Below, piece after piece: positions 52,741-62,051 of a stretch of 64,000 nucleotides of DNA. Both the position numbers and the translations under genes were made by a program. The notes beneath the pieces were generated by a model. That model did no database searches and was not told the DNA's origin. It saw only the letters and a program-made list of their open reading frames with translations. The stretch lies in the sequence record NC_048046.1, one strand, 5' to 3'. Numbering within the stretch: position 1 is the first letter of the stretch; each line of letters starts with the position of its first letter.

Positions 52741-53970
52741 CTAGCCCTTGACGCAGAGCACCTGCTTAAGGGTGGCGACGATTTCGACCATCTCTTCCTG
52801 GGCCGCCATCACGAGTTCGATCGGCTTGTAGGCCTTCGGCGTCTCGTCGATCACGCCTTCGTCCTTGCGGCACTCGACGCCCTGGGTCGCAGCGACGTGT
52901 TCGTCCAGCGAGACGAGCTTCTTGGCGGCCGAACGCGACATGACCCGGCCGGCGCCGTGGCTGCACGAGCAGAAGGCGTCAGCGTGGCCCTTGCCGCGCA
53001 CGATGAAGGACTTGGCGCCCATCGATCCAGGGATGATGCCGAGTTCGTCCTTTTGCGCCGACACCGCGCCCTTGCGGGTCACGAAGATGTCCTCGCCGAA
53101 GTGGCGCTCCTTGTTGACGTAGTTGTGGTGACAGTTCACCGCTTCCTTGTCGGTCTTGAACGCCGGCACGAACTCGCGGAGAGCCTTGAGCACGCGGATC
53201 ATCATCATGTCGCGGTTCAGGCGCGCGAAGTCTTGCGCCCAGCCCACGGCTTCGATGTAGTCGTCGAAGTCCTGCTCACCTACTTCGAGCCAAGCGAGGT
53301 TCTCGTCCTGCGGACGCACGTGGCGCTTCGCCAGGGCGTTCTTCGCCTTCTCGATGAAGTAGTTGCCGATCACGTTGCCGACGCCGCGCGAACCCGAGTG
53401 CAGCATCACCCACACGTTCGGGTCAGTCGTGCCCTGGTCGGTCTGGATGCAGACTTCGATGAAGTGGTTGCCGCCGCCCAGCGACCCAAGTTGGGTCACG
53501 TTGTTCGAGTTCTCCAGGATCGGATGCTTGTCGCACAGCTTCTTGAAGCGCGCTTCCAGGCCCGAATCGATCCAGGCACGCATGATCGAGTTCGGGATGC
53601 CGTGGCGCCCCGGCTCCTGCCACGAGCCCTTCGCGCCCGGCCCGCCGTGCGGGACCGCTCGCTCGATCGCCGAGCGCATAGCCGACAAGTTGTCGGGCAG
53701 TTGCGATGCGGTCAGCGTAGTGCGAACGGCCATCATGCCGCAGCCGATGTCGACACCGACAGCGTACGGGATCACCGCGTCCTTGGTCGGGATCACCGAA
53801 CCAACGGCCGCGCCATAGCCAGCGTGTACGTCCGGCATGACCGCGACGTGCTTGAACACGAACGGCAGCCCAGCGACGTTGTGGGCCTGATCTTCGGCGC
53901 CTCGCTCGAAAGGCACGCCGTCAACCCAAGCCTTGATTTGTCCGCCGTAGCGGCCGTCGATTTCGAGCAC
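52741..53970 (-). CDS. rtcB: RtcB RNA ligase
   Basis: MPDVHAGYG, GVDIGCG, LGGGNHF, HSGSRG, CHHNY, HGAGR, DETPKAYK. Confidence 0.96.
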   Translation of the reverse strand: MLEIDGRYGGQIKAWVDGVPFERGAEDQAHNVAGLPFVFKHVAVMPDVHAGYGAAVGSVIPTKDAVIPYAVGVDIGCGMMAVRTTLTASQLPDNLSAMRSAIERAVPHGGPGAKGSWQEPGRHGIPNSIMRAWIDSGLEARFKKLCDKHPILENSNNVTQLGSLGGGNHFIEVCIQTDQGTTDPNVWVMLHSGSRGVGNVIGNYFIEKAKNALAKRHVRPQDENLAWLEVGEQDFDDYIEAVGWAQDFARLNRDMMMIRVLKALREFVPAFKTDKEAVNCHHNYVNKERHFGEDIFVTRKGAVSAQKDELGIIPGSMGAKSFIVRGKGHADAFCSCSHGAGRVMSRSAAKKLVSLDEHVAATQGVECRKDEGVIDETPKAYKPIELVMAAQEEMVEIVATLKQVLCVKG

Positions 53971-53982
53971 CGTTCTCTCCTA

Positions 53983-54009
53983 TGCCAGTCAGGCTGGCAC
54001 TTCAACCAT
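53983..54009 (-). promoter_or_regulatory. 17-bp palindrome plus a degenerate CtrA half-site upstream of rtcB
   Basis: TGCCAGTCAGGCTGGCA 53983-53999 followed by TCAACCAT. Confidence 0.45.
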
Positions 54010-54226
54010 GTCCGGGCTCATCCGTCAACACTTGGCCGTCATTGGACAGCAGTTTGCGGATGGCCTCCGCCTGGAACTGCGCGTTCCGTTCCTCGGTCGG
54101 ATTGACACCCACAATATGCTCCAGGAACTCGGCGCTGTCGTCGAGCATCGCGCGAAGTGTGGCGATCCGCTTGGTCAGCCGCTCTTCGACGGTCATAGCT
54201 CCTGGGAAGGCTTGGACGTTCGACAT
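54002..54226 (-). CDS. hypothetical protein (74 aa)
   Basis: start just after the upstream stop. Confidence 0.5.
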   Translation of the reverse strand: MSNVQAFPGAMTVEERLTKRIATLRAMLDDSAEFLEHIVGVNPTEERNAQFQAEAIRKLLSNDGQVLTDEPGHG

Positions 54227-54228
54227 AA

Positions 54229-55290
54229 TCAGGCCTTGGACATCGCAAGCAGCCACTGCGGGATTGTGACGTTCAGGCGATCATTGACCGCCGCCGCCTG
54301 CGTGGTGATCGTGTTCGCCAAGTCACGCGCCGACTGCATGATCATCATGATCGTTTGTTGCCCCTGGACGAGGCTTCCGAGTCGCTGGCCCGCGATGATC
54401 TGCTGGTTCGGGACCGTTAGGGCGGTGGTCGCCACTTCCAGTACCAGGGTATCCAGGCGCAGCGTCTCCAGACGCGGCTGCATGTCCTCAATCTGGCGAT
54501 TGACCTCGGCATCCAGCTTCTGGAGGATATCGCGAGCCTGCTCCAGGCGCACACGGTAGAACTCGGGCTTCGAGCGGGCGAAACGATCAAGGAACGACGG
54601 CGGTCGCGAATAGGAGTGCTCACACTCCTGCGCCCATTGCACGGCGTTGGCGGTCGACAGCTTCGAGGTATGATCCTTGTGGCGCTGCGCCTGATCGGTC
54701 AGCGCGCGCATTTCCTTCTCGCCCCACGTGATCCATTCGGAGGGCGATTGCTTCAGGAACATCTCCAGGCGTCCACGAAAACGCGGATCATTCGCCAGCC
54801 CAGAATCCTTTGCGACGGCGGCGTCCATCATGGCAGGTGCGCGAGGATCGCCGCCGATCACCTTATTGCTTGGGCCTTCAGGGCGACGCGGGGCACCGCC
54901 TCCTCCAGCAGCCGAAACGTGCTGTGGCGAACGCATCGTCAAGGGCTTCGGGCCAGTAGACGCGACAGGCTCTCCAGCAACTCCTGGCGTACCGTTACCG
55001 GTGCTGGGGACTAGACGTTCGATAATTCGATTGACGTGGCCGATAGCCTCAGCGGGCCGCGAGGCTGGAAGGCTCAGGGCGCGCGGTTGCGTCGCCGCTT
55101 CTGGGCGCGAGGTCGTCTTGGGCGGCGTGGCAGGAAGGTTGCCGAAGTTCAGGGCCTTCGGGATCGCATCCTTTTCCATCGGCATCGTACGCGCTCGCTG
55201 TAGCTTGGAAAGGTCCAGCGGACGGGGTTCATCCCCGTCCGCCGGCTTGGCCGGGAACACGAGCGGCTTAGGCTCGTAGTCCCCCGCCAT
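54229..55290 (-). CDS. Pro-rich N-terminus plus coiled-coil protein, possibly a divergent TelA-associated protein
   Basis: last gene of the Ter cluster; helical C-terminal half with FLDRFARSK. Confidence 0.55.
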   Translation of the reverse strand: MAGDYEPKPLVFPAKPADGDEPRPLDLSKLQRARTMPMEKDAIPKALNFGNLPATPPKTTSRPEAATQPRALSLPASRPAEAIGHVNRIIERLVPSTGNGTPGVAGEPVASTGPKPLTMRSPQHVSAAGGGGAPRRPEGPSNKVIGGDPRAPAMMDAAVAKDSGLANDPRFRGRLEMFLKQSPSEWITWGEKEMRALTDQAQRHKDHTSKLSTANAVQWAQECEHSYSRPPSFLDRFARSKPEFYRVRLEQARDILQKLDAEVNRQIEDMQPRLETLRLDTLVLEVATTALTVPNQQIIAGQRLGSLVQGQQTIMMIMQSARDLANTITTQAAAVNDRLNVTIPQWLLAMSKA

Positions 55291-55989
55291 TTACGAGACG
55301 GTGGTGCCGGCCGGGGCCAGCAGCTTCACGAAGTCCGCGAGCGAGGCGGCGGCGGGAACGCCCAGCGCCTTGAAGCGGAAGTCGCCGTCCTTCTTGTAGA
55401 ACGTGCCGAACTGGAGCGCGGTGGCGCCGCCGGCGTCTTCTTCCAGGTCGTAGTTGGCGATCGCCAGGGCCTTCAGATCGGCGTCCGACAGGATGACACC
55501 GTTCTTGGTGCCATCATCTTCGACGGCCTTGACGTTCCAGCCACGCCCTTCAGCGGCTTCCAGGGCAGCGGCGTCGTAGACGCGGACGTAGGCGTTGCGG
55601 ACCAGACCGAAGTTCTGGTTGCGGGCAGCAGCTTCGTGGATCGTCACCGCGATGATGATCTCGTCGACCGTCGGGTTCAGGTTGCCGGTCTCGATCAGGA
55701 TGCGCTCGTCATCACCTTCGCCGTCGCCGGTCAGGTTGTCGCCGCCGTGATGGATAGCGCCATCGGCCGAGTGGTGGTTGCCGTAGAACACGAAGCTCGA
55801 CGAGGCCGGCGAGATCAGCTTGGGATCGCCGCTGGCGTCCTTCGCGCACGGGAAGGCCGAGGCGTCCAGGTCCGGCGGGTTCTGCGGATTCGGGTTCCAG
55901 CCCAGGCCGATCACGAAGCGGCCGACGCCGGGCGCAGTCTTGGTCAGGTTCACGTTCGAACCCTTGGACAGATTGATGGTGTCGCTCAC
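55291..55989 (-). CDS. terD: TerD-family stress protein
   Basis: NLSKG, GLGW, DLDASA, VFYGN, HGGDNLTGDGEGDDE, VTIHEA, NFG. Confidence 0.9.
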   Translation of the reverse strand: MSDTINLSKGSNVNLTKTAPGVGRFVIGLGWNPNPQNPPDLDASAFPCAKDASGDPKLISPASSSFVFYGNHHSADGAIHHGGDNLTGDGEGDDERILIETGNLNPTVDEIIIAVTIHEAAARNQNFGLVRNAYVRVYDAAALEAAEGRGWNVKAVEDDGTKNGVILSDADLKALAIANYDLEEDAGGATALQFGTFYKKDGDFRFKALGVPAAASLADFVKLLAPAGTTVS

Positions 55990-56065
55990 GACATCCTCTC
56001 CTTTTCGTCAGATAGGGGCGAAGGTAGACCCGACGGCGCTCGCCCTTTCGCCGTCAGGTGTTGGG

Positions 56066-57097
56066 TTACTCGCCCGCGACTGCCTGCTTCAGGGCGGCGC
56101 GGTTGGCGAGCAGCGAGGTGATGAAGGCAGCGCCGATCAGACCGGCGCCGGCCAGACCCTTGACGATCTCGGGCAGTTCGTAAACCGGACCGATCAGCAT
56201 CATGCCAGCGAGCGCCAAGATAGCCCAGAACGCGCCCATTTCCAGATGCGGGAACTCGGTCAGCGTGCCACGATCGACCGCGAGCAGCGTCAGTTCCCGG
56301 ACCGCCAAGGCGCCGACGCCCAGGCCGACCATGATCCAGACGATGTTGTTCGTCAGGGCGAAGGCGCCGATGACACCGTCGAACGAGAAGCTGGCGTCCA
56401 GCACTTCCAGGTAGATGAAGCCGCCGATGCCGGCCCGGATGACCTTGTCGCCACCGCCGCCGGCGATGGTGCCGAGGGTCTTGGTGATAGAGAAGAGCAC
56501 GATACCGATCAGGCCGGCGGTCAGGTAGCCGTAGCGCAGCGTTTCCGGCACGAACGGGGTGATCAGCAGCAGAGCGATGACTGCGATCACGGCTTCAGCC
56601 ATGGTCATGAGGCCGAGCTTGTTGAACACGGCTTCGATCGGGCCGAGCCAGTGGCTTTCCTTCTCCTGGTTCAGGAAGAATTCCAGGCCGACCAGCAGCA
56701 GGAAAGTCCCGCCGAACGCCGCGACGATGTGATGCACGCCTTCGAGCGTGTGGCCGTAGCGGTTGGGGTCTTGGAAGGCCATCTCCAGCACGGCCGCCGG
56801 CGACATGTGCGCCGCGAACGCCACGATCAGGATCGGGAAGATGAAGCGCATGCCGAAGACAGCGATGATGATGCCGACGCCCAGGAAGAGCTTCTTCCAC
56901 TTCTCGTCCCAATTTTGAAGGACGTGGGCGTTGACGACGGCGTTGTCGAACGACAGCGAGATTTCCAGGATAGCCAGGAAGCCGACCGTGTAGGCCAGCG
57001 TCAGGCCGCCCGCGAAGCCGGCAACGCCGACGGCGAGAACGAAGGCGATCAGCGGGATCGCGAAGTAGCTCCAGATGGAGCGTTGCTTGATGGGCAC
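56066..57097 (-). CDS. TerC-like DUF475 integral membrane protein
   Basis: LEISLSFDNAVVNA, GMRFIFP, YLEVLDASFSFDGVIGAFA, HLEMGAFWAI. Confidence 0.9.
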   Translation of the reverse strand: MPIKQRSIWSYFAIPLIAFVLAVGVAGFAGGLTLAYTVGFLAILEISLSFDNAVVNAHVLQNWDEKWKKLFLGVGIIIAVFGMRFIFPILIVAFAAHMSPAAVLEMAFQDPNRYGHTLEGVHHIVAAFGGTFLLLVGLEFFLNQEKESHWLGPIEAVFNKLGLMTMAEAVIAVIALLLITPFVPETLRYGYLTAGLIGIVLFSITKTLGTIAGGGGDKVIRAGIGGFIYLEVLDASFSFDGVIGAFALTNNIVWIMVGLGVGALAVRELTLLAVDRGTLTEFPHLEMGAFWAILALAGMMLIGPVYELPEIVKGLAGAGLIGAAFITSLLANRAALKQAVAGE

Positions 57098-57127
57098 GAA
57101 GATGAACTCCTATGCTTGAGGGATGGG

Positions 57128-57150
57128 TGGGCGTCGGCTCGTCCGACGCC
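57128..57150 (-). terminator. hairpin between the vWA and DUF475 genes
   Basis: GGGCGTCGG-CTCGT-CCGACGCCC; no U-tract. Confidence 0.4.
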
Positions 57151-57158
57151 CAGCGGGA

Positions 57159-57863
57159 TCAGGCGGCGCCGTGCTTCTTGAGGAAGGCCAGGAACTCTTC
57201 CGTGGCGAGCGCATCGTACATCTGCTCGTCGGTCATCTCGATCGAGCGCATGTGGATGAAGCCGCAGTTGTCGTAGTCGTCGGCCAGCTTCTTCAGACCC
57301 TGGAAGGTCGCGCCGGTGCCGATGCCGATCAGGTGGAAGTAGACGGGCTTACCCGTCTTCTCGGCCTCGCCCAGCAGCTTGCCGGTCTCGTTCACGTCAC
57401 GATCGCTGGTGTCGCCGTCCGTGAAGAACAGCACCAGGGCGGGGTCCTTGGCCGAGGTGGCAGCCTTGGAGAAGATGTTGGCGAACGCGCCGGCCTTCGG
57501 GAAGAGCTTGGCGAGGTTCGCGGCCACGGTCGGGGCATATTGGGTGCCGCCGCCGACGAGACGCCGGACGTGGTTGCTGATGTAGGTGCCGAAATCCGAG
57601 GCGGTGGCGCCCGGCAGTTCATGCGGACGTTCGTCGAACGCGACCACTTCGATCTCGCCGTTGTCGTCGAAGGTGAGCGCGTAGCCGATCAGGCGCTTGA
57701 ACACTTCTTCAACGACGCCGCGCGAATAGAGGCTGTTCATCGAGCCGGAGATGTCGAGGTCCGCGAGGACGCGCATCGTGGGCAGCTTGGTGAGGCCCTT
57801 CTTGGCGAGCGAGATGGTAACCTTCTCGGCCTTTTCTTTGGCCAGATTGATAACGTCGGACAT
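57159..57863 (-). CDS. vWA-domain protein (Ter-associated type)
   Basis: MIDAS DISGSM, GGTQY, FFTDG; TerF-like N-terminus INLAK. Confidence 0.88.
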   Translation of the reverse strand: MSDVINLAKEKAEKVTISLAKKGLTKLPTMRVLADLDISGSMNSLYSRGVVEEVFKRLIGYALTFDDNGEIEVVAFDERPHELPGATASDFGTYISNHVRRLVGGGTQYAPTVAANLAKLFPKAGAFANIFSKAATSAKDPALVLFFTDGDTSDRDVNETGKLLGEAEKTGKPVYFHLIGIGTGATFQGLKKLADDYDNCGFIHMRSIEMTDEQMYDALATEEFLAFLKKHGAA

Positions 57864-57899
57864 GGGTTCTCCCCTTGGAATGTTGATGTGAGGGTACGC

Positions 57900-58988
57900 T
57901 TACGCGGTCGCCGCCAGCTTGGCCGCGAGATCGCGGCTCATCTGTTCGACCAGAGGACGCTGCGTGGTGACGCGAGTGACCATGTCCTCTTGAATCTTCT
58001 TGGAGGCGTCCAGGGTGCGGAACAGTTCGTCGCGAACGATCTGAAGCGTCTGGATGTCGACCGAACCGCGCGCCATCTGCTCGCGGATCAGGACGGTGCC
58101 CGAGCCGAGTTGCTTGGCGTTCGCCTGGATGATCGCGTTGTTAAAGTCCTTGACCTTCTTCGCGAACTCGGCGGTCTGGACCTGTTCCATGTTGATGATG
58201 TACTTCGCGAAGGCCATCTGGAGTTGCGGCAGAGTGGTCTCGCGGACCTCGCCCAGCGTCATCACGAGCATGGCGCCATTCTGCTTGGCCGTGTCTAGTT
58301 CGACGGCCGACATCTCGCCCAGCAGCAGACCGTCACGCAGATCGCCGACGCGCTTCTTGGCGTAGGCGATCGTCGTCGTCCAGGCATTCAGGCGTTGGGC
58401 CGCCAGGGCGTCGCCGTCCGGCACGGACGGCATGTTGGCTTCCATCCAGGCGATACGACGTTCGCCCTCGGCGATCTTGGCCTTCGTGGCTTCGTAGCGC
58501 TGATTGTTCTCGACCGACAGCGCGTCGATATCCTTCTGGCGCTGCGTCATACGCACCGCGTGTTTGTCGACATCGGCGGCCAGGGTATTGACCTGCTTGT
58601 CGACCGAGGAGAAGTGGGATTCGAGTTGACGCTTCGAGCGCTTCAGGAACCCGAAGATGCCGCCCTTGAACTTTCCGGGGTCGTACTGTTGGGCGCCGAT
58701 CACCAGGGCGTTCAGGGATTTACCCATTTCGCCCAGGTCGTTGGCGAGCATCGACTGGTTGATCTTCGAGACGATGGTGGTCTGAGCCATGGCTTCGGTA
58801 CGTCCGAAATCCATGACGCTGGTCATGTCGAAGGCTTGTTCGGGAGCCAGCGACGGCGTCAGCGCGGGCGCGCCGTAGTTGGCCCCCATCGCCATCGGTT
58901 GGACCTGCGGCGCGGCCGGGGCCGGGGAGATGGGGGCGGTCGGCGTCGCGACCGGCTTGCCCAGGTTGAGACCACGCGGTTCGGTCAT
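57900..58988 (-). CDS. toxic anion resistance protein (TelA/KlaA family)
   Basis: long coiled coil, GGIFGFLKRSK, N..LV......TTLP. Confidence 0.8.
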   Translation of the reverse strand: MTEPRGLNLGKPVATPTAPISPAPAAPQVQPMAMGANYGAPALTPSLAPEQAFDMTSVMDFGRTEAMAQTTIVSKINQSMLANDLGEMGKSLNALVIGAQQYDPGKFKGGIFGFLKRSKRQLESHFSSVDKQVNTLAADVDKHAVRMTQRQKDIDALSVENNQRYEATKAKIAEGERRIAWMEANMPSVPDGDALAAQRLNAWTTTIAYAKKRVGDLRDGLLLGEMSAVELDTAKQNGAMLVMTLGEVRETTLPQLQMAFAKYIINMEQVQTAEFAKKVKDFNNAIIQANAKQLGSGTVLIREQMARGSVDIQTLQIVRDELFRTLDASKKIQEDMVTRVTTQRPLVEQMSRDLAAKLAATA

Positions 58989-59000
58989 CGAAGAGGCTCC

Positions 59001-59282
59001 TTAAGCCTTGGGAAGGTGGGTGGTGACGATGCGCGCCGACGATTCGGCGGCAGCGGCGAACTGCGACAGAGCTTGACGCAGTTCCTTTGGGTAGACGTCG
59101 AGTTGCCCCAGGTCGGAGGCTTCCTGCGTCAGGCCGGCGAGACGGCGCAGCAGACTGTCGACTTCAGCATAGGCTTCGGCCTTGATGCTGGCCTGACGCT
59201 CGCGCAGGTTTTGGGCGGGCGACTTGTAGGTTTCGGCGGGGGTCAGGGCGGGTGCAGCGCTCAATGGGGTCTCCTGTGTCAA
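59001..59282 (-). CDS. hypothetical protein (93 aa)
   Basis: first gene after the promoter motif at 59316-59325. Confidence 0.6.
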   Translation of the reverse strand: MTQETPLSAAPALTPAETYKSPAQNLRERQASIKAEAYAEVDSLLRRLAGLTQEASDLGQLDVYPKELRQALSQFAAAAESSARIVTTHLPKA

Positions 59283-59318
59283 TCGTCTCGGCGGTCTTAG
59301 AGGGTGTTTTGCTGTCTG

Positions 59319-59840
59319 TCAACTCTCGGCTTCAAGACTGCGTCCGACCCAAATGCGAGCGCTCTCGTCGTAGAACAAATTCTCGATCAACACCTTCGCT
59401 CGCATGCGCTTGAGGGACACAAGTACGCCGGTCAAGGAGTTCATCATCGCCTGCCCCGAAAACACCGCGCGCGGTTGACCGAGCAGATGGGAGATGAAAC
59501 CCATCTGCCCGTCGATGAGCGCTGGTTCGCCGAAACGAGGGGAGAGACCGGTGATCGGTAGGGGCGCCTTATCAACCTGGGCGACCGATTGGATCACCTT
59601 CTGGGGCCAATAGACCCAGACGCGTGACTTGGGCTTCCAGGTCATGCGCTTGAAATCGAGCGTGATCTTGGTGTGGCCGTTCTTGTCCTTAGGTACCAGA
59701 ACGGTAACTCGACCGCCCAGGTAATGCTGAACCGTGCCGTTGACGTTCTCGTCCAAGAAGAGTGCCGCCTGGACCTTGTCACCGCGCCGAGGTAGGCGCA
59801 GCGGATGGGCATCACGCCCTGAAGCTTCTACTGCATTCAT
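59319..59840 (-). CDS. hypothetical protein (173 aa)
   Basis: ATG start, coding-like. Confidence 0.55.
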   Translation of the reverse strand: MNAVEASGRDAHPLRLPRRGDKVQAALFLDENVNGTVQHYLGGRVTVLVPKDKNGHTKITLDFKRMTWKPKSRVWVYWPQKVIQSVAQVDKAPLPITGLSPRFGEPALIDGQMGFISHLLGQPRAVFSGQAMMNSLTGVLVSLKRMRAKVLIENLFYDESARIWVGRSLEAES

Positions 59841-60010
59841 GTGGGGACAGGCCGCCTCCGAACGGCACTGGAAGGCGGCAAATTGCCGGTCTTATTGACA
59901 AGGCCACAGCCCTGATGCCAGCGCAAGCGGAATCCTCTATGCGTCAAGAGTTGACAAACGACAGCTTCACCGGCTAGGTGCAGGCTTCAGCAATGGTGCC
60001 AGGAGACTCG

Positions 60011-60124
60011 ATGTTCCCGCCCGAATTCCTTGATCGACCCTGGACGTTTCAGCGCTTCGTGATCATCCTCGGAGGCGGCATCGGCGGTCTTATCGCGGCA
60101 CTCTATGTTCATGGCATCCTCTGA
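60011..60124 (+). CDS. small membrane peptide (37 aa, MFPPEFLDRPW...)
   Basis: AGGAG RBS at 60001, one TM helix. Confidence 0.55.
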   Translation: MFPPEFLDRPWTFQRFVIILGGGIGGLIAALYVHGIL

Positions 60125-60296
60125 TCTGACACCCGAGGAGCGACGACTTGCCGCAGCCATCGACGCGATGGAGAAGCGACGCGCTCTCGCTAGAACCGAA
60201 GGTGACATCGTCACCGACGCCGAGATTACGAACTGGTTTCGAGAGCACGCGGCGGTGATCCGTCCGCTGCGCGACAAGCTGGAAGGTGATTGGTGA
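60105..60296 (+). CDS. hypothetical protein (about 63 aa)
   Basis: overlaps the previous stop; coding-like. Confidence 0.5.
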   Translation: MFMASSDLTPEERRLAAAIDAMEKRRALARTEGDIVTDAEITNWFREHAAVIRPLRDKLEGDW

Positions 60297-60363
60297 AAAA
60301 GGCGCTTGACGCCTACTGAGTGTTTCTTTACAAACCACTCCGACGACAACGCCAGGAGGCACC

Positions 60364-61395
60364 ATGAAACCGACCGACTTCCCTCTGATCAGCGCTGCCC
60401 TCACGCCGCGTCGGGCCGCTCAGTTCGATGCCGCGCTGGCGAACGTCAAGGCGTTCACCGAAGAAGGCGTTCTGATCAAGGCCGAGTGGAACGAGATCAA
60501 GGACACCTTCAGCCGAGCGATCGACGAGACCTGGGACGCCTTCAAGAAGGCGGAATACTACCCGCGCGCCCGCGAAGGTGAGAACCCGGCAGTCGGTAAA
60601 CTCTATTGGGGGCTCCTGAGCCCGTACCCCCACGTGCTGGCCAGCTACCTGAAGAAGGTCCAGGCCGCCAAGGATATCGAGCCGGCGGTCCTGCGTGACT
60701 TCCCGATCGCCTTCTTCACCGAGGCCCTGCCGCTGAACGACATGCTGGTCGCGCTGAAGCCGCTGATCGGCAAGCGTGCGCCGAAGAAGACCAAGGTCCA
60801 GATCGAGCGTGAAGGTAAGGAGCGGACCTGTCAGGTCTGCGCACGTGGCATCCTGGCCGAGAACGGCCGAATCGCCCACCACGGCTTCACCCGTCCCGGT
60901 ATGGGCTATCAGTCGCCTTCGTGCTCCGGCGCCCTGCACGTCCCTTTCGAGATCAGCCGCGACGCCCTGGGTGCCGACATCAAGGGCCTGGAGGCTTATC
61001 GCGCCCGACGTCAGGCCTATCGCGCCGAGGTCGAGGCCGAGACCGTCAGCCTGCCCGTCAAGTATCAGGTCTCCGAGCAGGACCCGCGCCGCGCTCAGGG
61101 CTTCAAGAAGCTCATGGACAAGGTGATCCACGTCACCCGTGACGATTTCGACGCCCAGAAGCTCACGACGCCCGAGGCGTTCGCCGGCAAGTACAATCCC
61201 CTTCCGAAGGGAAAGTACGTGGGCTACACCGCCCTATCCTTCGATGGCCTCAAGTCCCAAATCCTGAGCACGGTCGACAGCGAGATCGACCTGATCACCA
61301 GCACGATCATCCGGCAACAAGCGCGCTACGACGGCTGGAAGCAATCGCTCGTGTTCGTCGATGGCGCCTACCAACCTTTCATCGGGGAGAACTAA
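60364..61395 (+). CDS. hypothetical protein with putative Zn-binding motif (343 aa)
   Basis: AGGAGG RBS; TCQVC...HHG...C. Confidence 0.75.
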   Translation: MKPTDFPLISAALTPRRAAQFDAALANVKAFTEEGVLIKAEWNEIKDTFSRAIDETWDAFKKAEYYPRAREGENPAVGKLYWGLLSPYPHVLASYLKKVQAAKDIEPAVLRDFPIAFFTEALPLNDMLVALKPLIGKRAPKKTKVQIEREGKERTCQVCARGILAENGRIAHHGFTRPGMGYQSPSCSGALHVPFEISRDALGADIKGLEAYRARRQAYRAEVEAETVSLPVKYQVSEQDPRRAQGFKKLMDKVIHVTRDDFDAQKLTTPEAFAGKYNPLPKGKYVGYTALSFDGLKSQILSTVDSEIDLITSTIIRQQARYDGWKQSLVFVDGAYQPFIGEN

Positions 61396-61398
61396 GAC

Positions 61399-61647
61399 AT
61401 GATGCAACGCGCCCGCTTCCTCTGTCCTCTCGGCGGTCAGCCGCTGATCGTTCTGTTCAACGAACGTAAGTCGAAATTCTCGATCGAGCCGGCAGCCCAC
61501 CAAAACTGGAACAGTATGTCTACGTTCTGGCATCATCGCCTCGGTGAATACTGGCAGAACTACGCCAAGTTCTCGCTGGACAACGTCCGCGAACTGCTCA
61601 CCCTGAACGGCGTCGACGGCGCCAGCCTGGATTTCGAAGGCGTCTGA
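61399..61647 (+). CDS. hypothetical protein (82 aa)
   Basis: GGAG RBS. Confidence 0.6.
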   Translation: MMQRARFLCPLGGQPLIVLFNERKSKFSIEPAAHQNWNSMSTFWHHRLGEYWQNYAKFSLDNVRELLTLNGVDGASLDFEGV

Positions 61648-62051
61648 TGACGTTCGTCAGCGACATCCAACCTCTGTGCCGCTACTGCGGCTGCGGCATA
61701 GGCAAGCATACGACGACGGTCTATTTCGACTCGACCAACGGTCGACTGAATTCGGGTTGGTTCTCTTACCGCCCCGAGAAGCCCACGTCGAAGGCCGAAG
61801 CGCAGGCGTTGCTGAACCAGCAGATCGTCTCGGTGCGCTGGGCCAAGAAATCCGCCTTCCAGCACGGCGATGATGAGGCCGGCGAACGCCTACATATCGA
61901 TCAGGCCACCGTCTGGGATGGCGTATCGTTTCGCGACGAATTCTTCTGCAAGGATGAGCACGCCAAGCTGTTCGGCTACGCAGCGGCACGGGGTGGACAA
62001 GTCATGCGGGAATACAAGGACGCGATCGCGCGTCGTGGGTCCAAGAGTTGA
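61647..62051 (+). CDS. hypothetical protein with CxxC (134 aa)
   Basis: TGATG coupling; CRYC and FCKDEH. Confidence 0.6.
   Translation: MTFVSDIQPLCRYCGCGIGKHTTTVYFDSTNGRLNSGWFSYRPEKPTSKAEAQALLNQQIVSVRWAKKSAFQHGDDEAGERLHIDQATVWDGVSFRDEFFCKDEHAKLFGYAAARGGQVMREYKDAIARRGSKS

Noticed and set aside
3212-59300. Very long plus-strand ORFs opposite minus-strand genes (e.g. 3212-4609, 8114-10489, 29000-31036, 39166-40767, 45731-47473, 52732-54105)
   Set aside because: Antisense shadows of GC3-rich real genes; they mirror the boundaries of genes with clear motifs and have none of their own
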